Source of the DNA: an uncultured candidatus Porisulfidus sp.
GTDB lineage: Bacteria; Pseudomonadota; Gammaproteobacteria; Poriferisulfidales; Poriferisulfidaceae
Reading direction: 5' to 3'
NCBI GenBank assembly: GCA_965204575.1
Contig: OZ241993.1
Location: forward strand, 1,632,001 to 1,696,000
DNA length: 64,000 nt
Position 1 is the stretch's first letter. Each line of letters begins with the position of its first letter. Below, in pieces: positions 37,079-47,371 of the stretch. A program made the translations under genes and the position numbers. The notes beneath the pieces are model-generated. The model ran no database searches. It worked only from the letters and a program-made list of their open reading frames with translations, and was not told the origin of the DNA.

Positions 37079-37492
37079 TCAATTTCGTTCCTTGGAAGGA
37101 GGTGGAGGCGGCGGGTCCGGTTTAACAAAACCTGCCGGCTTGGGTGACACACCATCCTGCAACGGAAAAGTCCGGCTAGACTGTCGAGGCGAGATTGTTC
37201 GTGCGGTTTTTTTCTTGGAAGCCTCGAAAGTAATCCTAAGATGCGTCCCGGTCGCCTGGGCGAGCCTTTCCAAGATCTTGGTCGACGGGTTCGTCTGCCC
37301 ACCCTCTAGGCGCGCAATGGCAGACTGCGTCGTATTCATACGCCTGGCCAACTGCTCCTGAGTCAGCCCGGCCTTCAAACGGACCTTGATCAGTGTCTCG
37401 ATCAATTCAAACTCCGGAGCAAGTTTTTCATAGGCTGCCCGATATTCCGGGTCGCGACTCCATTTTTTGTGCAGATCTTTTATTTTTCTCAT
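37079..37492 (-). CDS. XRE/HigA-type HTH regulator or antitoxin with Pro-rich tail
   Basis: DPEYRAAYEKLAPEFEL; GLTQEQLARRMNTTQSAIARLEGG. Confidence 0.8.
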   Translation of the reverse strand: MRKIKDLHKKWSRDPEYRAAYEKLAPEFELIETLIKVRLKAGLTQEQLARRMNTTQSAIARLEGGQTNPSTKILERLAQATGTHLRITFEASKKKTARTISPRQSSRTFPLQDGVSPKPAGFVKPDPPPPPPSKERN

Positions 37493-37494
37493 CG

Positions 37495-37926
37495 TTATTC
37501 AGTTGATTCCCCAAGGCGATATTTGTCCAGATTTTCCAGGAGCCGCTGTGGCGGCTTCCCCCAATGGCAGTTGCCCCGCACCATCCAAGATTGATTTCTC
37601 AAAGCTGGAGTGCACTGTCCGACAATCTCCACTAGTTCATCGTGCGGAATCATATACCAGTATTTTTCAACAGGAAATGCGACTCGTAGATCCTTGCCAC
37701 AGTATTTCTTATTGATGGTCAAACGGCTCTTCAACTGAACCTTCAGCACTTCGCCTCCATCTTTGTGAAACGCGAGAAAATCTGCTCCCTTCCAGTCATC
37801 GACAAGTTTGACGCAGTTGAAACCATAATCAGCAAGCACTGCCGCTATCTTCTGAAAGTTATAGATTTCTTTCTGCTTCGAATTAAGCGAAGCGTACTCT
37901 ACTTTTTGCCACTTTAAGTCTGTCAT
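37495..37926 (-). CDS. Small hypothetical protein, putative PD-(D/E)xK nuclease fold
   Basis: GADFLA..KVQLKSR pattern; stop 2 bp before the XRE gene start. Confidence 0.55.
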   Translation of the reverse strand: MTDLKWQKVEYASLNSKQKEIYNFQKIAAVLADYGFNCVKLVDDWKGADFLAFHKDGGEVLKVQLKSRLTINKKYCGKDLRVAFPVEKYWYMIPHDELVEIVGQCTPALRNQSWMVRGNCHWGKPPQRLLENLDKYRLGESTE

Positions 37927-37967
37927 TCAATTCAAATCCAGTCTTGCGCGTAAAGCCCGATTCCTGC

Positions 37968-38741
37968 TTACCGGAAGATCCGCTTGAAGAATGCCCGCAT
38001 GTTTTCGGTTGACTGCTGGTCGGCATGCGCGTCGTATTTCAGGGCCTCGATGCCGTACTTGGCGACGTCCGGATTGGTGAAGCCATGGCGCACGCCGTCG
38101 TAGCCATTGAAGGTGTATTCGATCCCCGCCGCATCCAGTGCCGTGCGGAACTCGCGGACCCTCTCCTCTGGAACGAAGGGATCGTCGTTGCCGTGCTCGA
38201 CCAGTATCGCCGCCTGGATCGCCTTTGCCTGCTCGGCGGAAGCCGGCGGCAGCGAGCCGTGCAGGCTGACCACGCCCTTGACGCCCGCGCCGCTGTAGGC
38301 GAGTTGCATGACGGTCGCCCCGCCGAAGCAGTAGCCGACCGCGGCGATGTTGCCGCCATCCGTCATTTCGTGGCCGCGCAGTAACTCGACCCCCAACTGC
38401 GCGCGCTTCTGCCAGTCCGCGACATTGCTGGTGACCTGCGTCATCCATTCGCCGGCCTGCTCGGGGTGCTCGGCCACCATGCCCGCACCATACATGTCCA
38501 TGGCGAAGGCCACGTAGCCGTCGGCGGCCATCTGCCTTGCGCGATCACGGGCGTAGGCGTTCAACCCCCACCATTCATGCACCACCAATATGCCGGGGCG
38601 CTTGTCCGAGTGACTGTCGTCGTAGTAGAGATATCCCTTGTGCGGGGCACCGTTGTACTCGAAATCGACTGTTTCCTCGACGATTTCGGCTGCGGCTGAA
38701 CCGCAGGCCAGCAGCAATACCAGTGAAAAGGTGCTTTTCAT
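37968..38741 (-). CDS. Dienelactone hydrolase family protein, exported
   Basis: Signal peptide; VHEWWGLN; GYCFGG nucleophile; HGFTNP. Confidence 0.92.
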   Translation of the reverse strand: MKSTFSLVLLLACGSAAAEIVEETVDFEYNGAPHKGYLYYDDSHSDKRPGILVVHEWWGLNAYARDRARQMAADGYVAFAMDMYGAGMVAEHPEQAGEWMTQVTSNVADWQKRAQLGVELLRGHEMTDGGNIAAVGYCFGGATVMQLAYSGAGVKGVVSLHGSLPPASAEQAKAIQAAILVEHGNDDPFVPEERVREFRTALDAAGIEYTFNGYDGVRHGFTNPDVAKYGIEALKYDAHADQQSTENMRAFFKRIFR

Positions 38742-38765
38742 CGATCCCTCCTGTATCCCTCGACC

Positions 38766-40205
38766 TCAACCGGACTGAAGTTTTGTGCGCAGTTGTTCGC
38801 TGACCTGCTTCGGGTCCGCTTTCCCGCCCGACGCCTTCATCACCTGCCCCACGAAGAACCCGAGCAGGCGGTCCTTGCCGCCGCGGTATTGTTCCACTTC
38901 GGCCGGGTGCGCCTCGATGGCCTGGTCGATCCATTGGTCCAGGTCGGCTCCTGCACCGACCTGACGGAGGCCCCGTGCCTCGATGATCTCCTCGGCCCCG
39001 CCTTCGCCTCTCCACATCGCGGCCAGCACTTCCTTCGCCGCACTGTTGGACACGACGCCGGAGTCGATGCACTTCAGCAATTGCGCGAGCGAATCCGCCG
39101 ATACCGGCGGCTCGGCCAACTCGGCCGAATCCTTGTGCATCCGGGCGAACACCTCGCCCGTGATCCAGCGCGCCGCGGTGGCGGCACCGGCGCCCGCTTC
39201 GACGGTCGCCTCGAAATAATCGGCCCACTGCCGGCTCTGCACCAGCACGGCAGCCAGGTCGGCGGCCAGCGCGTACTGCTCGATCAGCCGGGTCTTGCGC
39301 GCCTGCGGCAGTTCCGGGAGCGATTCGGCCAGTTCCACCTGAATGGATTCGTCGACGACCACCGGCAGCAGGTCGGGATCCGGGAAATACCGGTAGTCGT
39401 CCGCGTATTCCTTGACCCGCATCGGGCGGGTGCGGTCGGTTCCCGGGTCGTACTGCCGAGTCTCCTGGATGATCGGTTTGCCGGACTCCAGCGCATCGAC
39501 CTGGCGCTGCTGCTCGTAGCGCAGGGCACGCTCCACGAAGCGGAACGAGTTGATGTTTTTCAGTTCGACCTTTACGCCCAACTCTTTTTCGCCCGGCCGC
39601 CGCATGGAAATGTTCGCGTCGCAGCGGAACGAGCCTTGCTCCATGTTGCCGTCACAGATTCCCAGGAAGGTGACGATGCCGTGCAGGGTCCGCATGTAGG
39701 CGGAGGCTTCCTCGGGGCTTCGCATCTGCGGCTCCGAGACGATTTCCATCAGCGGCACGCCGGCGCGGTTGAGGTCCACCGCGCTCTCCCCGGCGTAGCC
39801 CTCGTGCAGCAACTTGCCGGCATCCTCCTCCAGATGCGCCCGGGTCAGTTCGATCTCCCGGTGGCTGCCGTCCTGCAGTTCGATTTCGACCACGCCGCCC
39901 TCGACGATCGGCAGTTCGTACTGGCTGATCTGGTAGCCGCGAGGGAGGTCCGGGTAGAAATAGTTCTTGCGCGCGAACACGCAGGGCGTGCGGATCTTCG
40001 CGCCGACGGCAAGCCCGAACAGGATCGCCATGCGGATGGCTTCGCGGTTGACCACCGGCAATACGCCCGGCAGCGCCAAGTCGATGCCGCAGGCCTGGCG
40101 GTTCGGTTCCGCCCCGTACTGCGTCGAGGCGGCGGAGAACAGCTTGCTTCGGGTCGAGAGCTGGGTATGAATCTCCAGCCCGATCACGGTCTTCCACTCA
40201 CTCAT
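38766..40205 (-). CDS. gatB: Asp/Glu-tRNA amidotransferase subunit B
   Basis: [13 protein letters not shown]; [10 protein letters not shown]; [10 protein letters not shown]; start trimmed to 40205. Confidence 0.97.
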   Translation of the reverse strand: MSEWKTVIGLEIHTQLSTRSKLFSAASTQYGAEPNRQACGIDLALPGVLPVVNREAIRMAILFGLAVGAKIRTPCVFARKNYFYPDLPRGYQISQYELPIVEGGVVEIELQDGSHREIELTRAHLEEDAGKLLHEGYAGESAVDLNRAGVPLMEIVSEPQMRSPEEASAYMRTLHGIVTFLGICDGNMEQGSFRCDANISMRRPGEKELGVKVELKNINSFRFVERALRYEQQRQVDALESGKPIIQETRQYDPGTDRTRPMRVKEYADDYRYFPDPDLLPVVVDESIQVELAESLPELPQARKTRLIEQYALAADLAAVLVQSRQWADYFEATVEAGAGAATAARWITGEVFARMHKDSAELAEPPVSADSLAQLLKCIDSGVVSNSAAKEVLAAMWRGEGGAEEIIEARGLRQVGAGADLDQWIDQAIEAHPAEVEQYRGGKDRLLGFFVGQVMKASGGKADPKQVSEQLRTKLQSG

Positions 40206-41656
40206 GCGAACCCCGGCGGCACCTGCCGGTGCCAATCCGTCTCCCGTTGCCAGGCGGCGCCGAGCCCGAACAGCCGCGCCTCGTCGAAATAATTGCCGAT
40301 CAGCTGCACGCCGGTCGGCAGCCCGTCGACCGGCCGCGCCGGCAACGACAGGCCCGGCAGGCCGGCCAGGTTGACCGGGATGGTATAGCAGTCGATCAGG
40401 TACATCGCCACCGGATCCTGCGTCTTCTCGCCGAGTTTGAACGGCAGCACCGGCGAGACCGGGGCCGCGATCGCATCGACCTTCTCGAACGCCTGCCGGA
40501 AATCCCGCCGGATCAACTGCCGCACTCGCCGCGCCCGGTCGTAGTACGCCTCGCGATAACCGGCAGACAAGGCATACGTTCCGATCATGATTCGGCGCCG
40601 CACTTCCGCCCCGAAGCCTTCCTCGCGCGAGCGGCAGAACAGGTCCTCCAGGTCTTCCGGGTCTGCGCACCGGTGTCCGTAGCGCACCCCGTCGTAGCGG
40701 GCCAGGTTGGACGAGCATTCGGCCGAGGCGATCACGTAGTAGGCCGGCGTCGCGAGCGGGAGATTCGGCAATGAAATCTCGACCCGTTGCGCGCCCTGCC
40801 CCTCCCAGGCCGCAACCGCTTCCTCCACGGACGCCCGGATCCGCGCATCGAGCCGCCCGTCGAAAAATTCTTTCGGCAATCCCAGGCGCAGGCCGTCGAT
40901 CGGCTGCTTCAGTTCTTTTTGGTAATCCGGCACGGGGTGATCCACGCTGGTCGAGTCGCGGGAGTCGAACCCCGCCATCGTGCCGAGCAGGGCCGCGCAG
41001 TCTTCGGCGCTCGCGCCGAGCATCCCGCCCTGGTCCAAACTGGAGGCGTAGGCCACCATGCCGAACCGGGACACCCGGCCGTAGGTCGGCTTCAGGCCGG
41101 TCACGCCGCAGAACGTGGCCGGCTGCCGGATGGAGCCGCCGGTGTCGGTCGCGGTGGCCGCCGGGGCAAGGCGGGCCGCCACGGCAGCAGCGGAGCCGCC
41201 GCTGGAGCCGCCCGGGACCCGTTCCGGATCCCAGGGATTATGGACCGGACCGTAGTAGCTGTTCTCGTTGGACGAACCCATCGCGAATTCGTCCATGTTC
41301 GTCTTGCCGAGCATCACCATGCCGGCCGCCTGCAGCCGTTCCACGACCGTGGCGTCGTACGGCGAGACGAAGTTGTCCAGCATCCGGGACCCGCAGGTGG
41401 TGCGCACGCCGCGCGTGCAGAAAATATCCTTGTGCGCCAGCGGCACGCCGGTCAGCGGCCCGGCTTCGCCGGCGGACCGGGCGCGGTCCGCCGCCTCGGC
41501 CTGCGCCAGGGCCTGCGCCTCCGTCACGGTGACGAAGCTGTTGAGCGAGCCGTCGTGCGCCTGGATGCGCTTGAGGTAGGACCGCGTCAGTTCGACGCTG
41601 GACACTTCCCCGTCCTGCAGCGCCTGCGCCTGTTCCAGCAGGGTTCGCTCGTGCAT
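40202..41656 (-). CDS. gatA: Asp/Glu-tRNA amidotransferase subunit A
   Basis: [13 protein letters not shown]; PGGSSGGSA; [10 protein letters not shown]. Confidence 0.97.
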   Translation of the reverse strand: MHERTLLEQAQALQDGEVSSVELTRSYLKRIQAHDGSLNSFVTVTEAQALAQAEAADRARSAGEAGPLTGVPLAHKDIFCTRGVRTTCGSRMLDNFVSPYDATVVERLQAAGMVMLGKTNMDEFAMGSSNENSYYGPVHNPWDPERVPGGSSGGSAAAVAARLAPAATATDTGGSIRQPATFCGVTGLKPTYGRVSRFGMVAYASSLDQGGMLGASAEDCAALLGTMAGFDSRDSTSVDHPVPDYQKELKQPIDGLRLGLPKEFFDGRLDARIRASVEEAVAAWEGQGAQRVEISLPNLPLATPAYYVIASAECSSNLARYDGVRYGHRCADPEDLEDLFCRSREEGFGAEVRRRIMIGTYALSAGYREAYYDRARRVRQLIRRDFRQAFEKVDAIAAPVSPVLPFKLGEKTQDPVAMYLIDCYTIPVNLAGLPGLSLPARPVDGLPTGVQLIGNYFDEARLFGLGAAWQRETDWHRQVPPGFA

Positions 41657-41949
41657 CAGTCGGAATCCAGCACCGCGGGGACCCGGTACAGGCCTTCGCG
41701 CGCATCCGGGGCGATCTCCTGGTAGTCCTCCCGCCGGTCGGGTTCGGTCACCTCGTCCTCGCGCATGCGCTGGTCGACCTCGAGCGGATGCGCCATCGGC
41801 TCGATGCCGTCGACTTCCGCCTCGCTGAGCTGGGCGAAGAACTCGAGGATCGCGCCCAGATCCTGGATCAGGCGCTGGTCTTCCTCTGGGTTCGGGCGGA
41901 GTCGGGCGAGTTTTGCGATCCCGCGGACGGTCTCGGCGGTCAGATCCAT
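41656..41949 (-). CDS. gatC: Asp/Glu-tRNA amidotransferase subunit C
   Basis: IAKLARL; GIEPMAHP; MREDEV; YRVPAV. Confidence 0.95.
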   Translation of the reverse strand: MDLTAETVRGIAKLARLRPNPEEDQRLIQDLGAILEFFAQLSEAEVDGIEPMAHPLEVDQRMREDEVTEPDRREDYQEIAPDAREGLYRVPAVLDSD

Positions 41950-42004
41950 GAACGAAGGGAGGTCTTAGGGGTCAAAAAAGGCTGCGATTAATAGTCTAGT
42001 ATAG

Positions 42005-43890
42005 CCCCGATCTCCGAGCTAGGGCGATTTTGGGGGATTTTTTCCGTTTGGGGTTGCCCACCAAGAGATTTTCGAGCCGAAGAGGGTGATGTGGTCGGGT
42101 TTTGTGTCCAACCGCTGGGGGCTGAGGATGATTTTTGACGCTTCGGCGCCCTGTCGCGCAGGGCTCCGCTCGCCGCTCAGGCGGCCCGTGCCAGGGTCGC
42201 AGCCGAACCGGTCGTCACGAAGTGTCGTAGGCCAGGAACCCGGCCATTCGGTCCAGCGCCTGCCGGACCCGCTGCACATGAGCCGTCTGGAACACCAGCC
42301 GCCGGTTGCGGGCATGCCGCACCACCTTGGCCACCAGGTGGACCCAGCACAGGCGCACCTGCTTCATCCGGGTCCACAGCCAGTCGCGTCCGAACGCGGC
42401 ATGCCGCAGCAGCGCGTTGACGTTGGCCGACAGCACCGCCAGCTGCCACCAGGCGGCGTTCGCCCCGAACTTCCCCGACGGCATCATGCCGCCGGCCAGG
42501 TCCTGCTTGAGCACGGCGTGCACCTCTTCGCCATGCCCGCAGCGCTCGTGCGCGAAGCGCACCACCTCCGAGGCGGTCATCCCCAGGCCCGCCCCCTCCC
42601 CGGAGCGCCCCGGATACGGCAGGTTGGTCAGATAGACCCGGTAGCGGTACGCCGGACGCCCGGACCTCGCCGGCGTCTCGTCCGGGTTCACCCCCAACAC
42701 GCCCGGCAAGACACGCCGGGTGCCGACATGGCGCAGCAGCTGCCCCCGGGACTGCCGCGCGCCCCACGGCGAGACATAATCCAGGTCGGCGCATTCCAGT
42801 TCCGGCTCCGAGGCCCGCACCGGCTCCCACCACTGCTCCGGCGTCGCCCCCACGGCCTCGCGTAGTTCTTCTCTCTGCGGCGCGCCGACCACGAAGCCGA
42901 TCACGCCGAAGCGGCGCAATGCCGCCGGGCGCGAAGCCGGCACGTTGCAGAAGCGGATCAGCCGGTTCTGGCAACCCGCCCCGTCCGAACGCAGCCACAC
43001 CCGCCGCACCTCCGGCGGCAGCCCCGACAGCACCCGCTGGAGCATCTCCAGGTTGCCCACCGAGGCCGGCACGTTGCCGTCGCGGAACTGGCTCGCCAGC
43101 ACCATGCCCAACTCCGGGCAGAACATCGACAGCGGCTGGTAGCCCCGCTCGCCCGGAACCTCGCCGGTCGAACTGCGGTAGGTCGGCTGCGCCTCGCGCT
43201 TGCCCGAGGCCAGCACCGTCGCATCCAGGTCCAGGGTCAACTCGTCCAGCCCCAGGCGCCGGATCAGGCCCCGCGCCAGCCGCCGGTTGACCGCCTCGAC
43301 CAGTTGCAGGGCCGCCGCCGGCTCCGGCACCACCGCCGCGCCCTTCACGCGCGCCGCACCGGCCGCCGCATCATGGAAACGCCGCAGCCAGTCATGCACC
43401 GCATTGGCGGACGGGAAGGTGCGCCCGCGCCCCCCGCGGAAGCGCGCCGCCAGCCCCGCCGGCATCACCCCCAGAAGCTCCGGTTCGTAGTCGCGCACCA
43501 GTCGGCACAGGCTGCGGTCCGCCTCCAGCGCGTCCACGTCCGAGACCCGCTCGTGACCGATCACGTTGAGCAGCAGCACGGTCAGCATCATCTGGCCGTC
43601 GCGCCAGCCCTGCGCCCCGGCCACCTGCACCGGAAGGGTCCGAAACGCCCCGCTGCGGCGCAGCAGCTCCAGCCACAGCACGGCCCCGCCACAGGCGCTG
43701 GTTCGGCTTAACTTGGGGTCGCCCCCAATGGCGACCAAAGGGGAAAAGTTCGACATATAATGAGACTCCCGGTTGGTTGTTCCCGGTTCACCCAATGGGT
43801 GAAACTTTTGCACCACCGATTTTAACCGTTTCACTCGGTTAAATAAGCGCCAACCGGGACCTCGCTCTCATTTAGCTCGGATATCGGGGG
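42005..43890 (-). mobile_element. IS1380-family insertion sequence, apparently complete
   Basis: Left end CCCCGATCTCCGAGCTA; right end reverse complement CCCCCGATATCCGAGCTA; TATAG duplicated at 42000-42004 and 43891-43895. Confidence 0.9.
42215..43834 (-). CDS. IS1380-family DDE transposase (start 43834 or 43756)
   Basis: LTLDLDAT; GYQPL; FRDGN; LRSDGAG; R-x-G-x-GEEVHAVLK; PSGKFGANAAW. Confidence 0.9.
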   Translation of the reverse strand: MKRLKSVVQKFHPLGEPGTTNRESHYMSNFSPLVAIGGDPKLSRTSACGGAVLWLELLRRSGAFRTLPVQVAGAQGWRDGQMMLTVLLLNVIGHERVSDVDALEADRSLCRLVRDYEPELLGVMPAGLAARFRGGRGRTFPSANAVHDWLRRFHDAAAGAARVKGAAVVPEPAAALQLVEAVNRRLARGLIRRLGLDELTLDLDATVLASGKREAQPTYRSSTGEVPGERGYQPLSMFCPELGMVLASQFRDGNVPASVGNLEMLQRVLSGLPPEVRRVWLRSDGAGCQNRLIRFCNVPASRPAALRRFGVIGFVVGAPQREELREAVGATPEQWWEPVRASEPELECADLDYVSPWGARQSRGQLLRHVGTRRVLPGVLGVNPDETPARSGRPAYRYRVYLTNLPYPGRSGEGAGLGMTASEVVRFAHERCGHGEEVHAVLKQDLAGGMMPSGKFGANAAWWQLAVLSANVNALLRHAAFGRDWLWTRMKQVRLCWVHLVAKVVRHARNRRLVFQTAHVQRVRQALDRMAGFLAYDTS

Positions 43891-43950
43891 TATAGCCGCC
43901 AAGCCTATATTTATGCTAAATTGACCCATTCAATTTTCTGGAAGTTTTCC

Positions 43951-44988
43951 ATGTTCCGACGTCTTCTCAGCGACGACATGTCCATCGACCTGGGCACCGC
44001 CAATACCCTCGTCTACGTGCCCGGAGAAGGAATCGTCCTGGACGAGCCTTCGGTGGTGGCGATCCGCAAGTATTCGGACCTGAACAAACCGCAGGTCGAG
44101 GCCGTCGGCATCGAGGCCAAGCGCATGATCGGCCGGACGCCCGCCAACATCGAGGTGGTGCGGCCCCTGCGCGACGGCGTGGTCGCCGACTTCGCGACCG
44201 CCGAGAAGATGTTGCAGTATTTCATTCGAAAGGCAAGTCAACGACGGCTGTTCTCCATCGGGCCGCGGGTTCTGATCTGCGTGCCCTGCGGCGCCACCCA
44301 GGTGGAACGCCGGGCGATCCGGGCCGCCGCGGAAGCGGCCGGCGCGCGCAAGGTCTACCTGTACGAGGAGCCGCTGCTCGCCGCGCTGGGCGCGGGGTTG
44401 AGCATCGAGGAGCCCTGCGGCCACTTCATCCTGGACATCGGCGGCGGCACGTCGGAGGTCGCGGTGCTGTCGCTCAACGACATCGTCTATGCCGACTCCT
44501 CCCGAACCGGCGGCGACCACTTCAACCAGAGCGTCATCGAGTACGTGCGGCGCAACTGCGGGCTGTTGATCGGCGAAACCACCGCGGAGACGATCAAGCA
44601 CACCATCGGCAGCGCCTACCGCCCGCAGACGGTGGAAGAAATGGAAGTGCGGGGCCGCGACCTGTCCGACGGCACGCCGCGCAGCATCACCGTCAACAGC
44701 AACGAGATCAACGACGCCCTGCAGGAGCCGCTGCAGATCGTCCTGAACAAGGTTCGTTCGGTTCTGGAGCAGACCCCACCGGACCTGGCTTCGGACATCA
44801 TGGCGCGCGGCATCGTCGTCACCGGCGGCGGCGCCATGCTGCGGGGCATCGACGAATTGCTGGTGCAGGAGATCAAGGTCTCCGTGATCATCGCCAACGA
44901 ACCCTTGTACTGCGTCGCACGCGGCGGCGGCAAGGTCCTGGAGGAAAACATCAAACTTCAGCAGGATTCGCAAGCCTTTTTCGGGTAA
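43951..44988 (+). CDS. mreB: Rod shape-determining protein MreB
   Basis: [10 protein letters not shown]; [11 protein letters not shown]; DIGGGTSE; TGGGAML. Confidence 0.97.
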   Translation: MFRRLLSDDMSIDLGTANTLVYVPGEGIVLDEPSVVAIRKYSDLNKPQVEAVGIEAKRMIGRTPANIEVVRPLRDGVVADFATAEKMLQYFIRKASQRRLFSIGPRVLICVPCGATQVERRAIRAAAEAAGARKVYLYEEPLLAALGAGLSIEEPCGHFILDIGGGTSEVAVLSLNDIVYADSSRTGGDHFNQSVIEYVRRNCGLLIGETTAETIKHTIGSAYRPQTVEEMEVRGRDLSDGTPRSITVNSNEINDALQEPLQIVLNKVRSVLEQTPPDLASDIMARGIVVTGGGAMLRGIDELLVQEIKVSVIIANEPLYCVARGGGKVLEENIKLQQDSQAFFG

Positions 44989-45038
44989 CCGGCCGCAATC
45001 CGCTGGAACGGCTGAGCCTTTCCTGAGTCAGACCCCGT

Positions 45039-45857
45039 ATGCTTTGGCGTAAACTGACCGGCAGCCTGATCCTGGCAATCGCATTGATCAGCGTCGACTA
45101 CCGCTATGCGGTGGTCGACCGCGCCGCCCCCCTGCTCAACCTGATCATCCAGCCGATCCTGGTTGCCGTAAGCCTGCCCCAGCGGCTTGTCGATTCGGTC
45201 TATACCCACTACCAGGGCGTCGAGACGCTGGCCGAAGAGAACCGGAAACTCCGCCAGCAACTGCTGGAGAACGTCTTCTCGTCGCGAACCCTCGAGGCGC
45301 TGCGAGACGAGAACCGCCGCCTGCGGACGCTCGCGCAACTGGACATCCAAGAGCGTTCGAAGCAGGCACTGGTTGCGGTCATCACGAAGAGCAACACGAA
45401 CGCATTCCGCCAGACCATCACCATCAATCGCGGCACCCGAAACGGCACCTACGTGGGCCAGCCGGTATTGGATGGGCGCGGTGTCGTCGGCCAGATCTCC
45501 AACACCAGCCTGTTCCAGTCCACCGTCTTGCTGGTTACCGACGTCAGCCACGCCCTGATGGTGCGCAATGCGCGGACCGACGACCGCTACCTGGCGCACG
45601 GAAACGGACAGGGGCTGACCCTCAAGTTCGTCCCGCGCCACAACGACCTCAAGCCCGGCGACATCCTGCTGACCTCGGGCCTCGACGACACCTACCCCGA
45701 GCAATACCTGGTCGGAAAGGTCACGCAGATCACCACCCAGCCCGGCCGGGATTTCCTGGAAGCGGACGTCCAGGCCGGGGCACAACTGCACCGGAACCGG
45801 GAAGTCCTGCTGGTCTGGAACCGGGAGGCTCCCGAGGAAATCGCCGATGCGGATTGA
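45039..45857 (+). CDS. mreC: Rod shape-determining protein MreC
   Basis: N-terminal TM, coiled coil ENRRLR; INRG; GVVGQ; GDILLTSG. Confidence 0.93.
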   Translation: MLWRKLTGSLILAIALISVDYRYAVVDRAAPLLNLIIQPILVAVSLPQRLVDSVYTHYQGVETLAEENRKLRQQLLENVFSSRTLEALRDENRRLRTLAQLDIQERSKQALVAVITKSNTNAFRQTITINRGTRNGTYVGQPVLDGRGVVGQISNTSLFQSTVLLVTDVSHALMVRNARTDDRYLAHGNGQGLTLKFVPRHNDLKPGDILLTSGLDDTYPEQYLVGKVTQITTQPGRDFLEADVQAGAQLHRNREVLLVWNREAPEEIADAD

Positions 45858-46332
45858 ACGATGGCGGCTCTACCAGGCCCTGAGCCTGATCGCGGCGGCC
45901 GCCCTGTCGGCCTGGCCGCTGCCGGAATGGCTCGCGCCGTGGCAGCCGCACTGGATCGCGATGGTGATGATCTTCTGGGTCATCGCCCAGACCGGGAAAG
46001 CCGGCTTCGGAATGGCCTGGGTGGCGGGCCTGGCCAGCGACCTCATCGTCGGCAACTGGGTCGGCATTCACATCGTCAGTTATTCCATCATCGTGTATCT
46101 ATGCGCCCGGTTCTACCGGACGCTGCAGTTCTCCGGCTCCGTGAAGACCAGCCTCCCGCTCGGCCTGCTGCTGGCGCTGCACCTGGGCTACCTTCACCTG
46201 CTCTCGATCTTTCTCTCCAACGTCGACCCCGGCCTGATATTCTGGGCCAACCTGCCGACCAGCATGGTCGCTTGGCCGATCCTGTACTTTCTGCTGATGA
46301 AGATTCCGGCGGGAGAACCTGGGTTGACCTGA
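45847..46332 (+). CDS. mreD: Rod shape-determining protein MreD
   Basis: Multi-TM; PHW..MIFW; AWVAGLASD; follows mreC. Confidence 0.88.
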   Translation: MRIERWRLYQALSLIAAAALSAWPLPEWLAPWQPHWIAMVMIFWVIAQTGKAGFGMAWVAGLASDLIVGNWVGIHIVSYSIIVYLCARFYRTLQFSGSVKTSLPLGLLLALHLGYLHLLSIFLSNVDPGLIFWANLPTSMVAWPILYFLLMKIPAGEPGLT

Positions 46333-46357
46333 GTTCGAGGTCAGGGGCGTCTTCCCG

Positions 46358-46954
46358 TTACCGGTGACGTTCCAGCCAGCGCGTCACCGCTTCCCGTTGC
46401 AGCGACGGACCCATCGGCTCCAGTAGTTTTTGGGCTCGCCGGAACGCGGTCCGGGCCGAATTCTTCTCCCCCAGCAGCACGTAGACGTTGCCGAGTTCGC
46501 CCACCAGGTCCGGGTGCTTCGGCCAGCGGTTCGTCAGCTCCAGGTAGGCCTGTTCGGCGCCCGCCAGATCCCGCTGTCGCAGTAATTGCCGGGCCCGGCT
46601 CCACGATTCGTAGAGCCTTTCCGCTTCCAGGTCGCGGGGTTGAGGCTGGGGCGGTTCCGGGGCCGCCTCCGGCTGCGGAGCCTCCGCCTCCGCTGCCCGC
46701 ACAGGCTCGGACGGAACATCCGGTTCTTCCTCCTGGGGCGCGGCCGGCACGGGTTTGACCCCGCTTTCCTCTTCCGGCTGGTCGATCACGTCCCGAAGCG
46801 AGGGCAACTCCTCGGGCTCGAACAACGGTTCCGTCTCCAGGTCCGGGAACCAGGTAACATTCGGGCTCATCCGCCATCCGAGCAACAGCAGCGTAATCAC
46901 GATGATGACGACGGCCAGATGGCTGGCGAGGCGGGAGTTCCAGCCGAACTTCAT
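46358..46954 (-). CDS. Membrane-anchored protein with acidic Pro-rich linker and C-terminal TPR
   Basis: N-terminal TM; AEQAYLEL..PDLVGELGNVY TPR-like helices. Confidence 0.7.
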   Translation of the reverse strand: MKFGWNSRLASHLAVVIIVITLLLLGWRMSPNVTWFPDLETEPLFEPEELPSLRDVIDQPEEESGVKPVPAAPQEEEPDVPSEPVRAAEAEAPQPEAAPEPPQPQPRDLEAERLYESWSRARQLLRQRDLAGAEQAYLELTNRWPKHPDLVGELGNVYVLLGEKNSARTAFRRAQKLLEPMGPSLQREAVTRWLERHR

Positions 46955-47316
46955 GGTGCCTCCTGCCTCTTTTCCGGGGTCAAGCGCATCTGAATCGTAA
47001 TTGCATCCATGATGATTCCGGGTGCCTCCTGCCTCATTTCAGGGGTCAAGCGCATCCGCAGCAAAGGATAGACATACGGCATGTCGACCAGGATGTCCGG
47101 GGAATACAGGCTCAAGGGGTCGGAGGGAAGCGCAAGGGGCTCTTCTTCCGGCGGAACAGGCGGCTCAGGCGAAAGCTCCTCTCCAGCTGATACCGGCGCA
47201 TCATTCGATGTCGCTTGAACCGGGTCATCTGTGGCTGGATCCTGCGCTTGCACCTGTCCCGGAACGCTCACGCCGACGAGCAGGGAAAACAGTAAAAAGG
47301 CCTGAAAAATAGGCAT
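46951..47316 (-). CDS. Secreted Pro/acid-rich hypothetical protein with duplicated C-terminal motif
   Basis: Signal peptide MPIFQAFLLFSLLVGV..VQA; MRLTPE(M/K)RQEAP twice; ATGA overlap with next gene. Confidence 0.55.
   Translation of the reverse strand: MPIFQAFLLFSLLVGVSVPGQVQAQDPATDDPVQATSNDAPVSAGEELSPEPPVPPEEEPLALPSDPLSLYSPDILVDMPYVYPLLRMRLTPEMRQEAPGIIMDAITIQMRLTPEKRQEAP
46955..47056. repeat. Two 36-bp direct repeats separated by a 30-bp unique spacer
   Basis: GGTGCCTCCTGCCTC(T/A)TTTC(C/A)GGGGTCAAGCGCATC at 46955-46990 and 47021-47056. Confidence 0.9.
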
Positions 47317-47371
47317 TTCTTGAGGACCGGGGATAATTTCGCAACCGGAACACATTATACTGTTCCCCCCC

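Noticed and set aside
38766-40718. Apparent long N-terminal extensions on GatB, uS3, uS5, uL5, uL14, uL30 and RF1 in the ORF track
   Set aside because: They overlap upstream genes and canonical starts exist downstream, unlike uL23 and uS10
46955-47056. CRISPR array call for the 36/30/36 unit
   Set aside because: Only two repeats, in frame within a CDS, no leader or cas genes; kept as a repeat finding only
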